A stretch of 64,000 bases of DNA from Nitrospirota bacterium (GCA_963790025.1 CAWBMP010000002.1:32001-96000); one strand, 5' to 3'. Positions 20,462 through 31,447 are shown, numbered from the stretch's first letter. Program-made: numbers and translations. Notes: generated by a model from the sequence alone, not told the origin.

Positions 20462-23400
20462 GTGAACCCAATAAAGTTTTCTCTCCGCTACCCTGCCGTA
20501 ACGCTGATATTGACGGCAATGATTGTAATCGTCGGTGTTCATGCATTCCTGAAAATGCAGCGGACGGAAGATCCGAGTATTACAATCAGAACCGGGCTTG
20601 TGGCAGCGATATACCCGGGAGCTACCTCCGAGCAGGTCGAAAAACAGGTAACGAAAACCCTTGAAAAGCACATCTTCAAGTTCCCCGAGGTGCGGAAGGA
20701 AAAGACCTATTCGACGAGCCGTCCAGGCGTCGCTATCATCAACGTCGAACTCGAAGACAACGTAAAAAATTCCGACTTGTTCTGGGCGAAGCTGCGCCAT
20801 GAGATGAACCTTGTCAGCCAGACCGAACTCCCTTCCGGAGTCAAAGGGCCGGTGGTCGATTCCGATTTCGGCGATACAGTCGCGATGCTGATAGCCATTC
20901 ACGGCAAGCGGTACGGATACCGCGAGCTGCGCGATTTTGCTGACAAGATGCGCGACGAGATGCGCACTGTTCGTGATGTGGGGAAACTCGAAACATACGG
21001 AACGCAGAAAGAGGAAATCTGGATCACGGGCAGCCTCGAAAGGGTATCGCAGTATTTCACCGACCCGCGCCAGGTGGTGAACGCGCTTCAGCAGCGAAAC
21101 GTCATCCAGAGCGCAGGAAATTTCGAAGCCGATCGGACGAAAATCCCAATGAGGACTACCGGAATTTTCAATACTGAAAATGAGATACGAAACGTGCTCG
21201 TGGACGTTTCCAGGGACGGCCACCCGGTATATATCAAAGATTTCGCCGACGTCGAGCGCCGCTACGAGGACCCGACATTCATGGTGCGTTACGACGGCGA
21301 CCCGTGCCTGCTCCTCTCTGTTGAGATGCAGAAAGGAAAGAATATCGTGGAGCTTGGCGAACAACTGGATAAAGTCTTCCAGCGTCTCAAGGTGATCCTA
21401 CCCCCCGACGTTCAGATAGACCTGATCGCGAACCAGCCGGAGGTCGTCAAGGAGCGGATCACGCACCTGTCGCGAGAGTTCCTTTTAGCCATCGCTTCGG
21501 TCATTATGGTTACGATCGTACTCCTCCCCTTTCGGGTCGCTCTCATCGCCGCCCTGGCCATACCGGTTACATTGTGCGGCACCCTCGGCGTTATGAACAC
21601 ACTGGGGATAGCCCTGCACCAGACATCCATCGCAGCGCTCATCGTGGTCCTCGGGATCGTAGTGGACGACGCCATAGTGATAGCCGACAACTATGTCGAG
21701 CTCCTGGACCGGAAGGTGCCGCGACTCGATGCGGCCTGGAGATGTGCCACTGACATGCTGGTGCCGGTGCTTACTGCGACCGTCACGATCATCTGCTCGT
21801 TCCTGCCGCTGCTGATACTTACCGGGGCGGTAGGAGAATTCATCATGGCACTCCCCATCACGGTAACGATCGCGTTGGCGACGTCCTTCTTCGTGGCGAT
21901 TATGCTGACCCCCCTGCTCTGCAGAACATTCATCAAGAAGGGGCTGCACGAGCATGAAGCCGTAGAGACTCACGGGAAGGAGAAGAAGACGCTCCTTGAC
22001 AGGCTCCAGGAGAAATATGGGATATTGATCAACATCTTCATGAAAAGGAAGTGGCTGGCCTTCACTCTCGGGGGGTGTGCGTTTGCATTGGGTGTCATGC
22101 TCTTTGCATTCGTGCCCCAGCAGTTCTTCCCTTCCGCCGAGCGCAACCAGTTCGTGATTGATGTCTGGATGCCACAGGGAACGCGGATCGAGGCCACCGA
22201 CGCAGTCATGGGCCGAATCGAAAAAGTCCTGGGTTCAAGTAAAGGAGTCCTCCACTACGCCACTTTCGTCGGTCAGAGCGCCCCGAGATTTTACTACAAC
22301 GTCAATCCTCAGCAGCCCGACGGCGCCTACGGCCAGTTTATCGTCAACACCACCTCTGTCAAGGATACCGACCGGCTGGTAAAGGCGTTGCGCCGTTCGC
22401 TGACCGCTTTGATCCCTGAGGCGATGGTGATCGTGAAAGAGCTCCAGCAGGGCGCCCAGATGGAGGCTCCAATAGAGGTGCGTATCTCCGGCGACGACAT
22501 CGACGAACTGAAGCGGCTGGGAGAAAAGGTCCAGGGCATTCTGGAGAGCGACCCCTCATCGCAGTACGTGTACAGGGACTACTTCAACGATTCTTATATG
22601 GTCGATTTAAACGTCAATGACGAACTGGCAAACCGCCTCGGAATTACCGAGGCGTCTGTGTCGCAAACCCTGTCAGGGGCATTCTCCGGTGCTGCGGTGA
22701 GTACCTTCTGGGAAGGGGACCGCGCCGTCACCATCAAGCTGCGGCTCGACCCGGCCTACCGCTCTCAGTTCGAGGATATCGGAAACACCTATCTGAACTC
22801 GGAACTCACCCATGCCAGGGTCCCGCTCCGAGCAATTGCCACGTTGGCGCCGGAGTGGCAGACCAGCAGGATAGTCCGCAGAAACGGCGTGCGCACCTTG
22901 ACGGTCCGTGCGTTTGTGAAGCCGGGGTACTACGCCTCACACCTCGTGGAGAAAGCAATGCCGAAGATAAAGGCCCTGGAGCTGCCGGCTGGCTACCGGA
23001 TCTACTACGGTGGGGAGAAGGATAACCAGGGCGAGACTTTTCCGCAGATGATAGTAGCCCTGGGCATCAGCCTGCTGGCGATCTTCCTCGTCCTGCTCGT
23101 GCAATTCAGAAGCATCTCGGAACCTCTTGTGGTGATGGCATCGATCCCACTGATGCTCTTCGGGGCAATATTGGGTCTCATCATCACCCATAATCCCTTC
23201 GGTTTCACCGCGTTCATGGGACTTATAAGCCTGTGCGGCATAGTCGTGAGAAACGGGATCATCCTGGTTGACTACTGCAACGAAAAAGTCGCCGAAGGGG
23301 AGACCCTGGAGCAGGCTGCACAGGACGCGGGGGCACGGCGGATGCGGCCCATCTTCCTGACTACGATGGCTGCCGCAGTCGGTGTAACGCCTATGATCCT

Positions 23401-24874
23401 CTCCAGGTCCAGCCTCTGGAGCCCTCTTGCGAGCGTAATTGCCATAGGGCTGATCTTTTCGATGTTCTTCACGCTTCTAATCATTCCCGTCCTCTTTGTG
23501 GTCATCAAATCTCGCTCGTTAAAGCAGGGGGCAGTGGCTGTCGTGATTGCGGCATGTGTACTTTTTGCTGCGGGACGGGAGGCGTCAGCAGAGCCGGTGA
23601 AACAGTCCCTGACACTCTCGCAGGCGGTTGAACTGGCTCTCAAGCAAAACTCACTGCTCAAAATCTCCCGGACGAAAGTGGAGGAGCGTGATCAGAAGAT
23701 TGTGTCGGAGCGGGCCCAATATTTCCCCCTTCTTTCCAATAACACAAAGTATATGGCCTTGTCGAACAGGCAGCTTATTACCATACCGGCCGGCAGCCTC
23801 GGAAATGTTGGCGTCGGTCCCTTCCCCACTCAGGATATCAAAGTAAACCAGAGTTCCTCCACTATCCTGTACAGCGAAACAACCCTCGCACAGCCGACAA
23901 CACAGCTTTTGAAAATCCATGAAGCCAATGAGATTGCCTGGGCAGATCGCGGCATTGCAGAAGCGGAATTGAAAAGGTTGGAAAACGAAACGGTCCTTGC
24001 GGTACATCAGCTCTACTACGCGTTGCTGGTTGCTTATAAGGAAAAGGATGCCGCCGGGGCCTTGCTTACTGCGGCGCAGGAGAACCTGAGCGAGTCCGAG
24101 GAGGGGCTGAGAGCTGGCAACCTGCTCGATGTGGCGGTCACCGCTGCGAAAGCCAATCTGCTCCAGAGCAGGCAGGCGCTTCTCGTTGCGGAAAACCGCA
24201 TTTCGGACGTAACCTCAGAGCTCAACGACTTATTGGGTCTGCCCAGTGACGCTATCCTGGAAGTGACCGAGACAGGTTTGCCGGAGACGATGGAACCCTT
24301 AAAGAACCAAGCATACGATGAGGCCCGTGACAGAAACGGCGAACTGCTTGCCGCTCGGGAAGCCGTAGAAAAGTCGCACCACGCGGTGAGTGCCGCCCGC
24401 TATGAATACATTCCCGACGTGACGATCTTTGCCAAGCACGGCTACCAGGATGGAGCTCCCTTTCTGCCTACGAACATCGGCATGTTCGGCTTCGAGTTGA
24501 CCTGGAACATTTTCGACTGGGGGAAGCGAAAAGGAGAAATCGGCCAACGGGTCGCCCAACAGTCACAGGCGGAAGAGAACCTGGCACGGATTGACAAACG
24601 GATCGGGATTGAAATCGACAAGGTGTACCGGAAGCTGGAACGCTCTAAAAAAATGGTGGACGTCGCCGATGAGGCGCTTACCCTGTGCAGGGAAAATGCA
24701 CGCCTGAGCGAAAACCGTTTCAAGGCGGGAATCGTGACATCGGCAAAACATGCCGAAACGGTTGCGGCGCTGAAAAAGGCGGAGATGGAGGCACTTCAGG
24801 CTTCTCTTGAATATCGTCTCGCGATAGTCGAGCTTAACAAGACAATCGGGTTGCTTGCGCCATCCAAAAATTAG
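20462..24874 (+). CDS. RND efflux permease fused to a C-terminal TolC-like outer membrane factor
   Basis: AcrB-type motifs GIVVDDAIV and RMRPIFLTTMAA in the first ~1020 aa; then LTLSQAVELALKQN and WNIFDWG OEP motifs; no intervening stop. Confidence 0.9.
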   Translation: MNPIKFSLRYPAVTLILTAMIVIVGVHAFLKMQRTEDPSITIRTGLVAAIYPGATSEQVEKQVTKTLEKHIFKFPEVRKEKTYSTSRPGVAIINVELEDNVKNSDLFWAKLRHEMNLVSQTELPSGVKGPVVDSDFGDTVAMLIAIHGKRYGYRELRDFADKMRDEMRTVRDVGKLETYGTQKEEIWITGSLERVSQYFTDPRQVVNALQQRNVIQSAGNFEADRTKIPMRTTGIFNTENEIRNVLVDVSRDGHPVYIKDFADVERRYEDPTFMVRYDGDPCLLLSVEMQKGKNIVELGEQLDKVFQRLKVILPPDVQIDLIANQPEVVKERITHLSREFLLAIASVIMVTIVLLPFRVALIAALAIPVTLCGTLGVMNTLGIALHQTSIAALIVVLGIVVDDAIVIADNYVELLDRKVPRLDAAWRCATDMLVPVLTATVTIICSFLPLLILTGAVGEFIMALPITVTIALATSFFVAIMLTPLLCRTFIKKGLHEHEAVETHGKEKKTLLDRLQEKYGILINIFMKRKWLAFTLGGCAFALGVMLFAFVPQQFFPSAERNQFVIDVWMPQGTRIEATDAVMGRIEKVLGSSKGVLHYATFVGQSAPRFYYNVNPQQPDGAYGQFIVNTTSVKDTDRLVKALRRSLTALIPEAMVIVKELQQGAQMEAPIEVRISGDDIDELKRLGEKVQGILESDPSSQYVYRDYFNDSYMVDLNVNDELANRLGITEASVSQTLSGAFSGAAVSTFWEGDRAVTIKLRLDPAYRSQFEDIGNTYLNSELTHARVPLRAIATLAPEWQTSRIVRRNGVRTLTVRAFVKPGYYASHLVEKAMPKIKALELPAGYRIYYGGEKDNQGETFPQMIVALGISLLAIFLVLLVQFRSISEPLVVMASIPLMLFGAILGLIITHNPFGFTAFMGLISLCGIVVRNGIILVDYCNEKVAEGETLEQAAQDAGARRMRPIFLTTMAAAVGVTPMILSRSSLWSPLASVIAIGLIFSMFFTLLIIPVLFVVIKSRSLKQGAVAVVIAACVLFAAGREASAEPVKQSLTLSQAVELALKQNSLLKISRTKVEERDQKIVSERAQYFPLLSNNTKYMALSNRQLITIPAGSLGNVGVGPFPTQDIKVNQSSSTILYSETTLAQPTTQLLKIHEANEIAWADRGIAEAELKRLENETVLAVHQLYYALLVAYKEKDAAGALLTAAQENLSESEEGLRAGNLLDVAVTAAKANLLQSRQALLVAENRISDVTSELNDLLGLPSDAILEVTETGLPETMEPLKNQAYDEARDRNGELLAAREAVEKSHHAVSAARYEYIPDVTIFAKHGYQDGAPFLPTNIGMFGFELTWNIFDWGKRKGEIGQRVAQQSQAEENLARIDKRIGIEIDKVYRKLERSKKMVDVADEALTLCRENARLSENRFKAGIVTSAKHAETVAALKKAEMEALQASLEYRLAIVELNKTIGLLAPSKN

Positions 24875-24895
24875 GAAGCCTGAAAGGAGGCCCCG

Positions 24896-27439
24896 ATGTT
24901 ACAAAGAAGTGAAAAGAGACAGGGTATCAAGAGAGACACCGGTCCCGCCGATGTCTCCCCGGCCCGCGAATCACACGAAGACATACGGACGGGTACGAGC
25001 GCTGTTGCGCTGAAGCAGGCCATCCTCGACAACCTGTGTTATGTTCAGGGGAAACCTCCGGATAAAATTCCGGAACTGGCAACGAAAAACGATTGGTACA
25101 TGGCGGTTGCATATACTGTGCGATACAGGCTGATCGAGCATTTTATTCGGTGGATGAAAGAGTTGCGGCGGCCTGAAGTGAAAATTGCCGGCTATCTCTC
25201 TGCAGAGTTCCTTATGGGACCTCATCTCGGGAATAATCTTCTGAATATGGGCCTGACGGACCGTGTAAGGGAAGCGCTGAAAGAACTTGGCCTGGATCTG
25301 GACATCATCCTCGAACTGGAGGTAGAGCCAGGACTCGGCAACGGCGGCTTGGGCAGGCTTGCTGCATGCTATATGGACTCTCTTGCGTCGTTGAATGTTC
25401 CCGCGATCGGCTACGGAATCAGGTATGAATTCGGCATTTTTGATCAGGAGATCCGTGACGGATGGCAGGTCGAAAAGACCGACAAGTGGCTTAATCTGGG
25501 AAACCCCTGGGAGATCTGCCGGCCCGAGATCGCTTATTACGTAAATTTTGGCGGGCGGACTGAGAAATACCGGGACGACGAGGGTCATTTCAGAGTACGC
25601 TGGGTCCCTGACATGGTCATCAAAGGAGTTGCCTATGATACAGCCGTTCCGGCCTACCGGAATGATGTGGTTGACCTGCTCAGGCTCTGGAAATCGGAGG
25701 CGGTCGAATCCTTCGACTTTCAGGCCTTCAATATCGGCGATTACTACAAGGCGGTGAACGAGAAGGTGATTTCGGAGACAGTGAGCAAGGTCCTCTATCC
25801 CAACGATGAGCCTGAGATAGGAAAGACCCTCCGCCTCGGACAGCAGTATTTCTTCGTCTCATGCTCGCTGCAGGACATGATCAGCATACTGATGCTCCGG
25901 GGAAAAAAGATCGAGACATTCCACGAGAGCTTTGCCGTCCAGCTGAACGATACTCATCCCTCCATCGCAGTCGCGGAACTGATGCGGCTTCTCCTGGACG
26001 AGCATCTGATGGACTGGGACACCGCGTGGAAGATAACACTGCAGACGATGGCCTACACCAACCACACGCTGCTGCCCGAGGCGCTTGAAAAATGGCCTCT
26101 GCCGCTTTTCAGCCGCTCGCTTCCGAGGCACACAGAGATCATATATGAGATCAACCGGAGATTTCTCGACGAAGTTCGCCTGAGATATCCCGGCGATGAC
26201 GGACGGGTTTCCCGGCTTTCGCTCATCGAGGAAAGCGGTGAGAAATATGTCCGCATGGCGCATCTTGCGGCGGTGGGAAGCCACCGCATCAATGGAGTCG
26301 CGGCCCTCCATACCGATCTTCTCACGAGAACGGTTCTGAAAGACCTGTACGACATCTACCCTGAGCGCTTCGTTAATGTGACAAACGGCGTGACCCCAAG
26401 GCGGTGGGTTGCCCTGAATAATCCGGGACTTGCCCGGCTGCTCACAAAGACTATCGGCGACCGGTGGATCAAACATTTTGAAGATGAGGCAAGAAAGATA
26501 GAGCCCTATGCGGATGATCCCGGATTCCGTGAGGAATGGGGGAAGATCAAACTCGGCAACAAGGGCAGACTTGCGGCTCTCATAGGGGAAAGGACAGGTA
26601 TAAAGGTCGATCCCCATACGCTGTTCGACATTCAGGTGAAAAGAATCCATGAATACAAGCGCCAGCACCTGAGCGTGCTCCACATCATCACCTTGTATAA
26701 CAGGATCAAAGGGAATCCGGCGATGGAGATTGTCCCGCGAACGTTCATCTTCGGCGGCAAGGCCGCGCCCGGCTACTTCATGGCGAAGCTGATCATCAAG
26801 CTGATCAATTCTGTTGCCGATGTTGTGAACAACGATGCTGATGTGGGCGGGAGGCTGAAGGTCATCTTCTTTCCGAACTTCAATGTAAAGAATGCTCAGT
26901 ATATTTATCCCGCTGCAGATCTCTCGGAGCAGATATCTACGGCAGGAAAAGAGGCGTCAGGCACCGGGAACATGAAGTTCTCGATGAACGGCGCCCTCAC
27001 GATCGGCACTCTTGACGGCGCTAATGTCGAGATCCGGGAAGAGGTGGGAGGCGAAAACTTCTTCCTCTTCGGCCTTACGGCCGGAGAAGTAGAGGACCTG
27101 AAGTCGAGGGGATTTTCTCCGCGAAGCTACTACGAATCGAACTGGAGCCTCAGAGAGGCGATCGATCAGATCCGCTCGGGGCAATTCTCCCGCGGAGATG
27201 GAGAACTCTTCAGGCCTCTGGTCGACAATCTGCTGGACCACGATCCCTTCTTGCTTCTGGCGGATTACCAATCCTACATTGATTGTCAGGATCGGGTAAG
27301 TTCCGCTTATCGCGATCAGGAAAATTGGATCCGCATGTCGGTACTTAATGTGGCCCGCATGGGGAAGTTCTCTTCCGACCGCTCTATACGGGAATATTGC
27401 GACAACATCTGGAAGATAAAACCGGTCAAAGTAGGGTGA
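24896..27439 (+). CDS. glgP: glycogen/alpha-glucan phosphorylase
   Basis: GLGNGGLGRLAAC, KRIHEYKRQ and EASGTGNMK (PLP Lys). Confidence 0.97.
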   Translation: MLQRSEKRQGIKRDTGPADVSPARESHEDIRTGTSAVALKQAILDNLCYVQGKPPDKIPELATKNDWYMAVAYTVRYRLIEHFIRWMKELRRPEVKIAGYLSAEFLMGPHLGNNLLNMGLTDRVREALKELGLDLDIILELEVEPGLGNGGLGRLAACYMDSLASLNVPAIGYGIRYEFGIFDQEIRDGWQVEKTDKWLNLGNPWEICRPEIAYYVNFGGRTEKYRDDEGHFRVRWVPDMVIKGVAYDTAVPAYRNDVVDLLRLWKSEAVESFDFQAFNIGDYYKAVNEKVISETVSKVLYPNDEPEIGKTLRLGQQYFFVSCSLQDMISILMLRGKKIETFHESFAVQLNDTHPSIAVAELMRLLLDEHLMDWDTAWKITLQTMAYTNHTLLPEALEKWPLPLFSRSLPRHTEIIYEINRRFLDEVRLRYPGDDGRVSRLSLIEESGEKYVRMAHLAAVGSHRINGVAALHTDLLTRTVLKDLYDIYPERFVNVTNGVTPRRWVALNNPGLARLLTKTIGDRWIKHFEDEARKIEPYADDPGFREEWGKIKLGNKGRLAALIGERTGIKVDPHTLFDIQVKRIHEYKRQHLSVLHIITLYNRIKGNPAMEIVPRTFIFGGKAAPGYFMAKLIIKLINSVADVVNNDADVGGRLKVIFFPNFNVKNAQYIYPAADLSEQISTAGKEASGTGNMKFSMNGALTIGTLDGANVEIREEVGGENFFLFGLTAGEVEDLKSRGFSPRSYYESNWSLREAIDQIRSGQFSRGDGELFRPLVDNLLDHDPFLLLADYQSYIDCQDRVSSAYRDQENWIRMSVLNVARMGKFSSDRSIREYCDNIWKIKPVKVG

Positions 27440-27481
27440 CGGGATGGCGAAATCCGAGACATTCACCGCAGATACCTTGAG

Positions 27482-28108
27482 GTGACTTCGATGAAGGAAA
27501 AGTTCCATATCGCAGGAATCAAGAAAATCCTGCTCAAGTGGCACAAGCACGCGGACTTGTCGGATACCCCGGATCCGGCGCGCGCGCTGTACGGCCCCCC
27601 TCCGAAAACGGCGGCGGGAGAGAGAGGCCGGGGCCTCGTTGATTTCTTCAAGCAGGTGTCTCTCTTCGAGAACCTCACTCAGGGGGACCTCAGACGGCTC
27701 GCTCGAATCCTCCACGAACGGACCTACCGGGACGGCGAGTACATCTTTAAAGAGGGGCAACCCGGCGCGGCGATGTACATCGTGCGAGGTGGCGTCGTTG
27801 AGATCGTGAGACGAAGGCGGAATGGGGAAGAAGTGCCCCTTGTTACGCTGGAGCCGCCAGCCACCTTAGAAGAGTTGGCAGTCGTGGGAGGGGATATGGT
27901 TCACTGGACCTCGGGCCTGGCTCGCGGCCCGGTCTCATTGGTGGCCATCGGCCGTTCCGACCTGGACGAGCTCGGTCGCAACTTTCCACTCCTGGCGAAT
28001 AAAATTCTCAAGAAGCTGGCCTACATCATCGCCGTGAGACTCCAGATAGTTATGGAGGCTGAATATTTCAATGAGGAAAGGAGCCTGAAAAATGACCTCC
28101 CGCAATGA
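27482..28108 (+). CDS. cyclic nucleotide-binding domain protein
   Basis: GEYIFKEGQPGAAMYIVRGGVVEI; no HTH; phosphate-binding cassette looks degenerate. Confidence 0.8.
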   Translation: MTSMKEKFHIAGIKKILLKWHKHADLSDTPDPARALYGPPPKTAAGERGRGLVDFFKQVSLFENLTQGDLRRLARILHERTYRDGEYIFKEGQPGAAMYIVRGGVVEIVRRRRNGEEVPLVTLEPPATLEELAVVGGDMVHWTSGLARGPVSLVAIGRSDLDELGRNFPLLANKILKKLAYIIAVRLQIVMEAEYFNEERSLKNDLPQ

Positions 28109-29378
28109 CTTCAGCCCTGCCGGGATGCTCTTCAGGTCAGTCGTGGCCGCCGCCGGCGCACTCGTTGCTGCATACCTGCTTTGGAAGCTGCGGAGCCTCA
28201 TCGTTCCCATTGTTGTCAGCAGCTTGATAGCGTACATCTGTCGCCCTCTCGTTATCCACCTGGAGCGTCACCGGATGCCGCGAGGCTTGGCGATTTGGCT
28301 GTTGCTTGTCGTGTTTGTGCTTGCAGCTCTTTTCATCGCGAATCGGGTGCGCACTATCATGCCCAGTGAAATCGGGGCCCTCGAGCTCAGGGTCCGCGCG
28401 ATCTACAAGATCAACGAAGGATACAAGAACCTGATGGGACTTGACCAGTCTCTGACCAGAGGCAATTGGATCTACCGATTGGCGCACGGCGAGCTGGACC
28501 CTATAGTGGATCGGACCAACCGGCTTCTGGCCCTTACGCCGGAAGAGCGCGCCCAGTTCCTCGCCTCGCGCTTTCGTGGTCCCGAGGCGCTGGCCGGGTC
28601 CGACCGTTTGCTCGATTACCTTCGCGCAAATCTCCAGACGCTCAGGGTCCGCGAGCCGGCAGCATTACGGGAAACCGGGGAGGTTAAAACAGCGCTTCCG
28701 GCTGTTGCCCAGACGGCGACATCGCCATTGAAAACTCCTATCGCAACGCTGAGCCACATCCTTTCCACCTGGATCATAGCACCTCTGATCTTCTTATTCC
28801 TGCTGCGGGACACCGGCGAGATCAAGCGAGGCCTTCTCAGAGCGGTCCCCAACCGTCTGTTCGAACCGGCGCTGGCGGTCCTGGCAGATCTCGATCGCGC
28901 GCTGGGTGACTACATGCGCGGCATCTTCCTAGAGTGCGCCTTGCTGGGCCTCACCGTGATGCTGCTTCTCGCCGTCGTGGGCGTCCCCCCCCGCTGGGCG
29001 ATCGCCATCGGCATCTTAGCCGGCGCGACCAACGTGATTCCATACCTGGGCTCGGCGGTCGCCTTGATGGGAGGGCTGGCCTATGCCCTCTTGGCCGAGG
29101 AAATCCATCCTATCCTGCCGATAGTGAACACAGGGAACATCACGATCTGGGTGATTGCCGCCGTGGGACTGGCCGAACTGCTCAAGAACGTTTTTTACGA
29201 ACCGCTCGTCCTCGGTGGCGCGGTCAAGCTTCACCCGCTCGTGGTGGTAATCGGGGTTGTGGGCGGCGGCATCCTGTTCGACCTTGCAGGGGTGCTGCTT
29301 GCGATACCTATGATCACCGTCTTCAAGGTCTTCGTCTCGAGCGCAGCCAGGCAACTCAAAGCCTATGAGCTGATTTGA
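28092..29378 (+). CDS. AI-2E family transporter
   Basis: NVIPYLG and LHPLVVVIGVVGGG motifs; multiple TM helices. Confidence 0.88.
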   Translation: MTSRNDFSPAGMLFRSVVAAAGALVAAYLLWKLRSLIVPIVVSSLIAYICRPLVIHLERHRMPRGLAIWLLLVVFVLAALFIANRVRTIMPSEIGALELRVRAIYKINEGYKNLMGLDQSLTRGNWIYRLAHGELDPIVDRTNRLLALTPEERAQFLASRFRGPEALAGSDRLLDYLRANLQTLRVREPAALRETGEVKTALPAVAQTATSPLKTPIATLSHILSTWIIAPLIFLFLLRDTGEIKRGLLRAVPNRLFEPALAVLADLDRALGDYMRGIFLECALLGLTVMLLLAVVGVPPRWAIAIGILAGATNVIPYLGSAVALMGGLAYALLAEEIHPILPIVNTGNITIWVIAAVGLAELLKNVFYEPLVLGGAVKLHPLVVVIGVVGGGILFDLAGVLLAIPMITVFKVFVSSAARQLKAYELI

Positions 29379-29462
29379 AGGGTGGTCTGATGTCGAGTTT
29401 AGAATCGCGGGGGCATCCTAAAGCAGTTGATGTCTGTTTAGTATTATTATTCGGGAAAGGGT

Positions 29463-30629
29463 TTGTGCTGCCAGATGAATGAAAGATCAGTATTCTTGGG
29501 ACAGAAAGCGGAGCTGATCATGCTGCGTCTTCCTGATGCCACGCTGACAGTGCGTCTATCAGGGGAATGGAAATTGGGGAGGCAGCTTCCGCAGCGTGAG
29601 GAGTTCCTTGGCCGGATCGAGTCTGCAGAGACGGTCAGCCGAATCACCTTTGATACTCAGGCCGTGACGGGATGGGACAGCAGCCTCATAACATTTCTTC
29701 TGGATATCACTGAGATCGGCTCCGAAATGCATCTACCTGTCGAGAAAGACGGGCTGCCGGCAGGCGTACAGCGGCTCCTGGCCCTTGCCTCTGCAGTCCC
29801 TGAAAGGAAAGGGGTCCGCAGAGAAGCAGTCAGAACCTCATTTCTCGAAAAGTTCGGCAACTCTGCGATCGCTTTCTGGTGTTCTACTCTCGAAATGCTC
29901 GGCTTCGTCGGGGAGGCTTCTGTCGCCTTTATGAAGTTGTCCGTCGGAAAGGCCCAGTTCCGCCCCTCCGATCTTCTTCTCACGATGCAGGAATGCGGTG
30001 CGCAGGCTCTTCCGATCGTCTCCCTTATCAGTATCCTTGTCGGGCTGATCCTGGCCTTTATCGGTGCCATTCAGCTCAAGATTTTCGGTGCACAGATTTA
30101 CGTCGCCAGCCTTGTGGGGATCGGGATGGTCCGGGCACTTGCGGCTGTCATGACTGGGATCATCATGGCTGGCCGTACGGGAGCATCATTCGCCGCTCAG
30201 CTCGGTACGATGCAGGTTAATGAGGAAATCGACGCCTTGAAGACCCTCGGCATCTCGCCCATGGAATTTCTCGTGCTCCCGAGAATGGTCGCCCTTTTCC
30301 TCATGATGCCTCTTTTGAGTCTTTATGCAGACTTGATGGGAATGCTCGGCGGCCTGATCGTCGGCGTCTCTATGCTTGACCTGAATTTCATGGAATACTA
30401 CAACAAGACCCGTACATCCGTTCACCTGAACGACTTGTGGGTCGGGCTCTTCAGTGCCGCGGTCTTTGGGGTCCTCGTGGCGCTTGCAGGCTGTCTCCGC
30501 GGAATGCAGTGCGGACGGTCCGCTTCGGCAGTCGGAGAGGCGACAACCTCTGCAGTGGTGACGAGCATAGTCAGCATCGTTGTGGCGATGGCCGTGATAA
30601 CCGTTGTTTGTAATGTGCTGAATATCTGA
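29463..30629 (+). CDS. mlaE: STAS-MlaE fusion ABC permease
   Basis: N-terminal STAS-like region (WDSS); GRTGASFAAQLGTMQVNEEIDAL. Confidence 0.88.
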   Translation: MCCQMNERSVFLGQKAELIMLRLPDATLTVRLSGEWKLGRQLPQREEFLGRIESAETVSRITFDTQAVTGWDSSLITFLLDITEIGSEMHLPVEKDGLPAGVQRLLALASAVPERKGVRREAVRTSFLEKFGNSAIAFWCSTLEMLGFVGEASVAFMKLSVGKAQFRPSDLLLTMQECGAQALPIVSLISILVGLILAFIGAIQLKIFGAQIYVASLVGIGMVRALAAVMTGIIMAGRTGASFAAQLGTMQVNEEIDALKTLGISPMEFLVLPRMVALFLMMPLLSLYADLMGMLGGLIVGVSMLDLNFMEYYNKTRTSVHLNDLWVGLFSAAVFGVLVALAGCLRGMQCGRSASAVGEATTSAVVTSIVSIVVAMAVITVVCNVLNI

Positions 30630-30645
30630 GGAGCGCAGAGCGAAA

Positions 30646-31422
30646 ATGGAAAAATCAGAGCCCCATATCGTTGTACAGGACCTAACCGTGGCCTATGGCA
30701 GCAATGTGATCCAGCATGACCTAACCTTTACCATTAACAGGGGCGACATATTCGTTATCATGGGAGGCAGTGGGTGCGGTAAGAGCACCCTTTTGCGGAG
30801 CATGGTCGGACTTTTGCCCCCGACAAGAGGACAGGTCCTCTATGACGGTCTGAGTTTCTGGTCCTCAGAGCCCGAGGAACAGAAGATCATCATGAGGAAA
30901 TTTGGCATACTATATCAGGGCGGCGCGCTCTGGAGTTCTTTCACTCTTGCTGAGAATGTTGCCCTCCCGCTCCAGCAATACACGAATCTGAGCCGAGATC
31001 AGATCAAGAAAATCGTCGCTCTCAAGCTCGCACTTGTCGGACTCGCCGGCTTCGAGGAGTACTATCCGGCTGAGATCAGTGGAGGGATGAAGAAGCGCGC
31101 AGGACTGGCCCGCGCTATGGCATTAGACCCTGAGATTCTCTTTTTTGACGAACCCTCCGCCGGGCTCGATCCGATCAGCGCGCATCTGCTTGACGAGCTG
31201 ATCATCGAACTGAGAAATAGTCTCGGGGCTACAGTAGTTGTTGTGACCCATGAACTGGCGAGCATCTTTGCGATCGGAAACAATTCGGTCTTTCTTGACG
31301 CCGACACTAAGACGATAATTGCTGCGGGAGAGCCAAGGAAACTCCTTACCGAGTCAAAGGACCCCAAAGTGATCAACTTTCTGACCCGGGGAGAGGGACG
31401 TACGCAAGAAGTGATAAGATAG
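30646..31422 (+). CDS. mlaF: MlaF family ABC ATPase
   Basis: GGSGCGKS, ISGGMKKR, FDEPSAGLDP. Confidence 0.9.
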   Translation: MEKSEPHIVVQDLTVAYGSNVIQHDLTFTINRGDIFVIMGGSGCGKSTLLRSMVGLLPPTRGQVLYDGLSFWSSEPEEQKIIMRKFGILYQGGALWSSFTLAENVALPLQQYTNLSRDQIKKIVALKLALVGLAGFEEYYPAEISGGMKKRAGLARAMALDPEILFFDEPSAGLDPISAHLLDELIIELRNSLGATVVVVTHELASIFAIGNNSVFLDADTKTIIAAGEPRKLLTESKDPKVINFLTRGEGRTQEVIR

Positions 31423-31447
31423 ATACAGATGATTGAGGAGAAAAACA

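Noticed and set aside
20138..21364. 408-aa minus-strand ORF and similar long antisense ORFs (14973-15827, 25859-26683, 26957-27760)
   Set aside because: They are shadows of well-supported genes on the opposite strand and have no motifs of their own.
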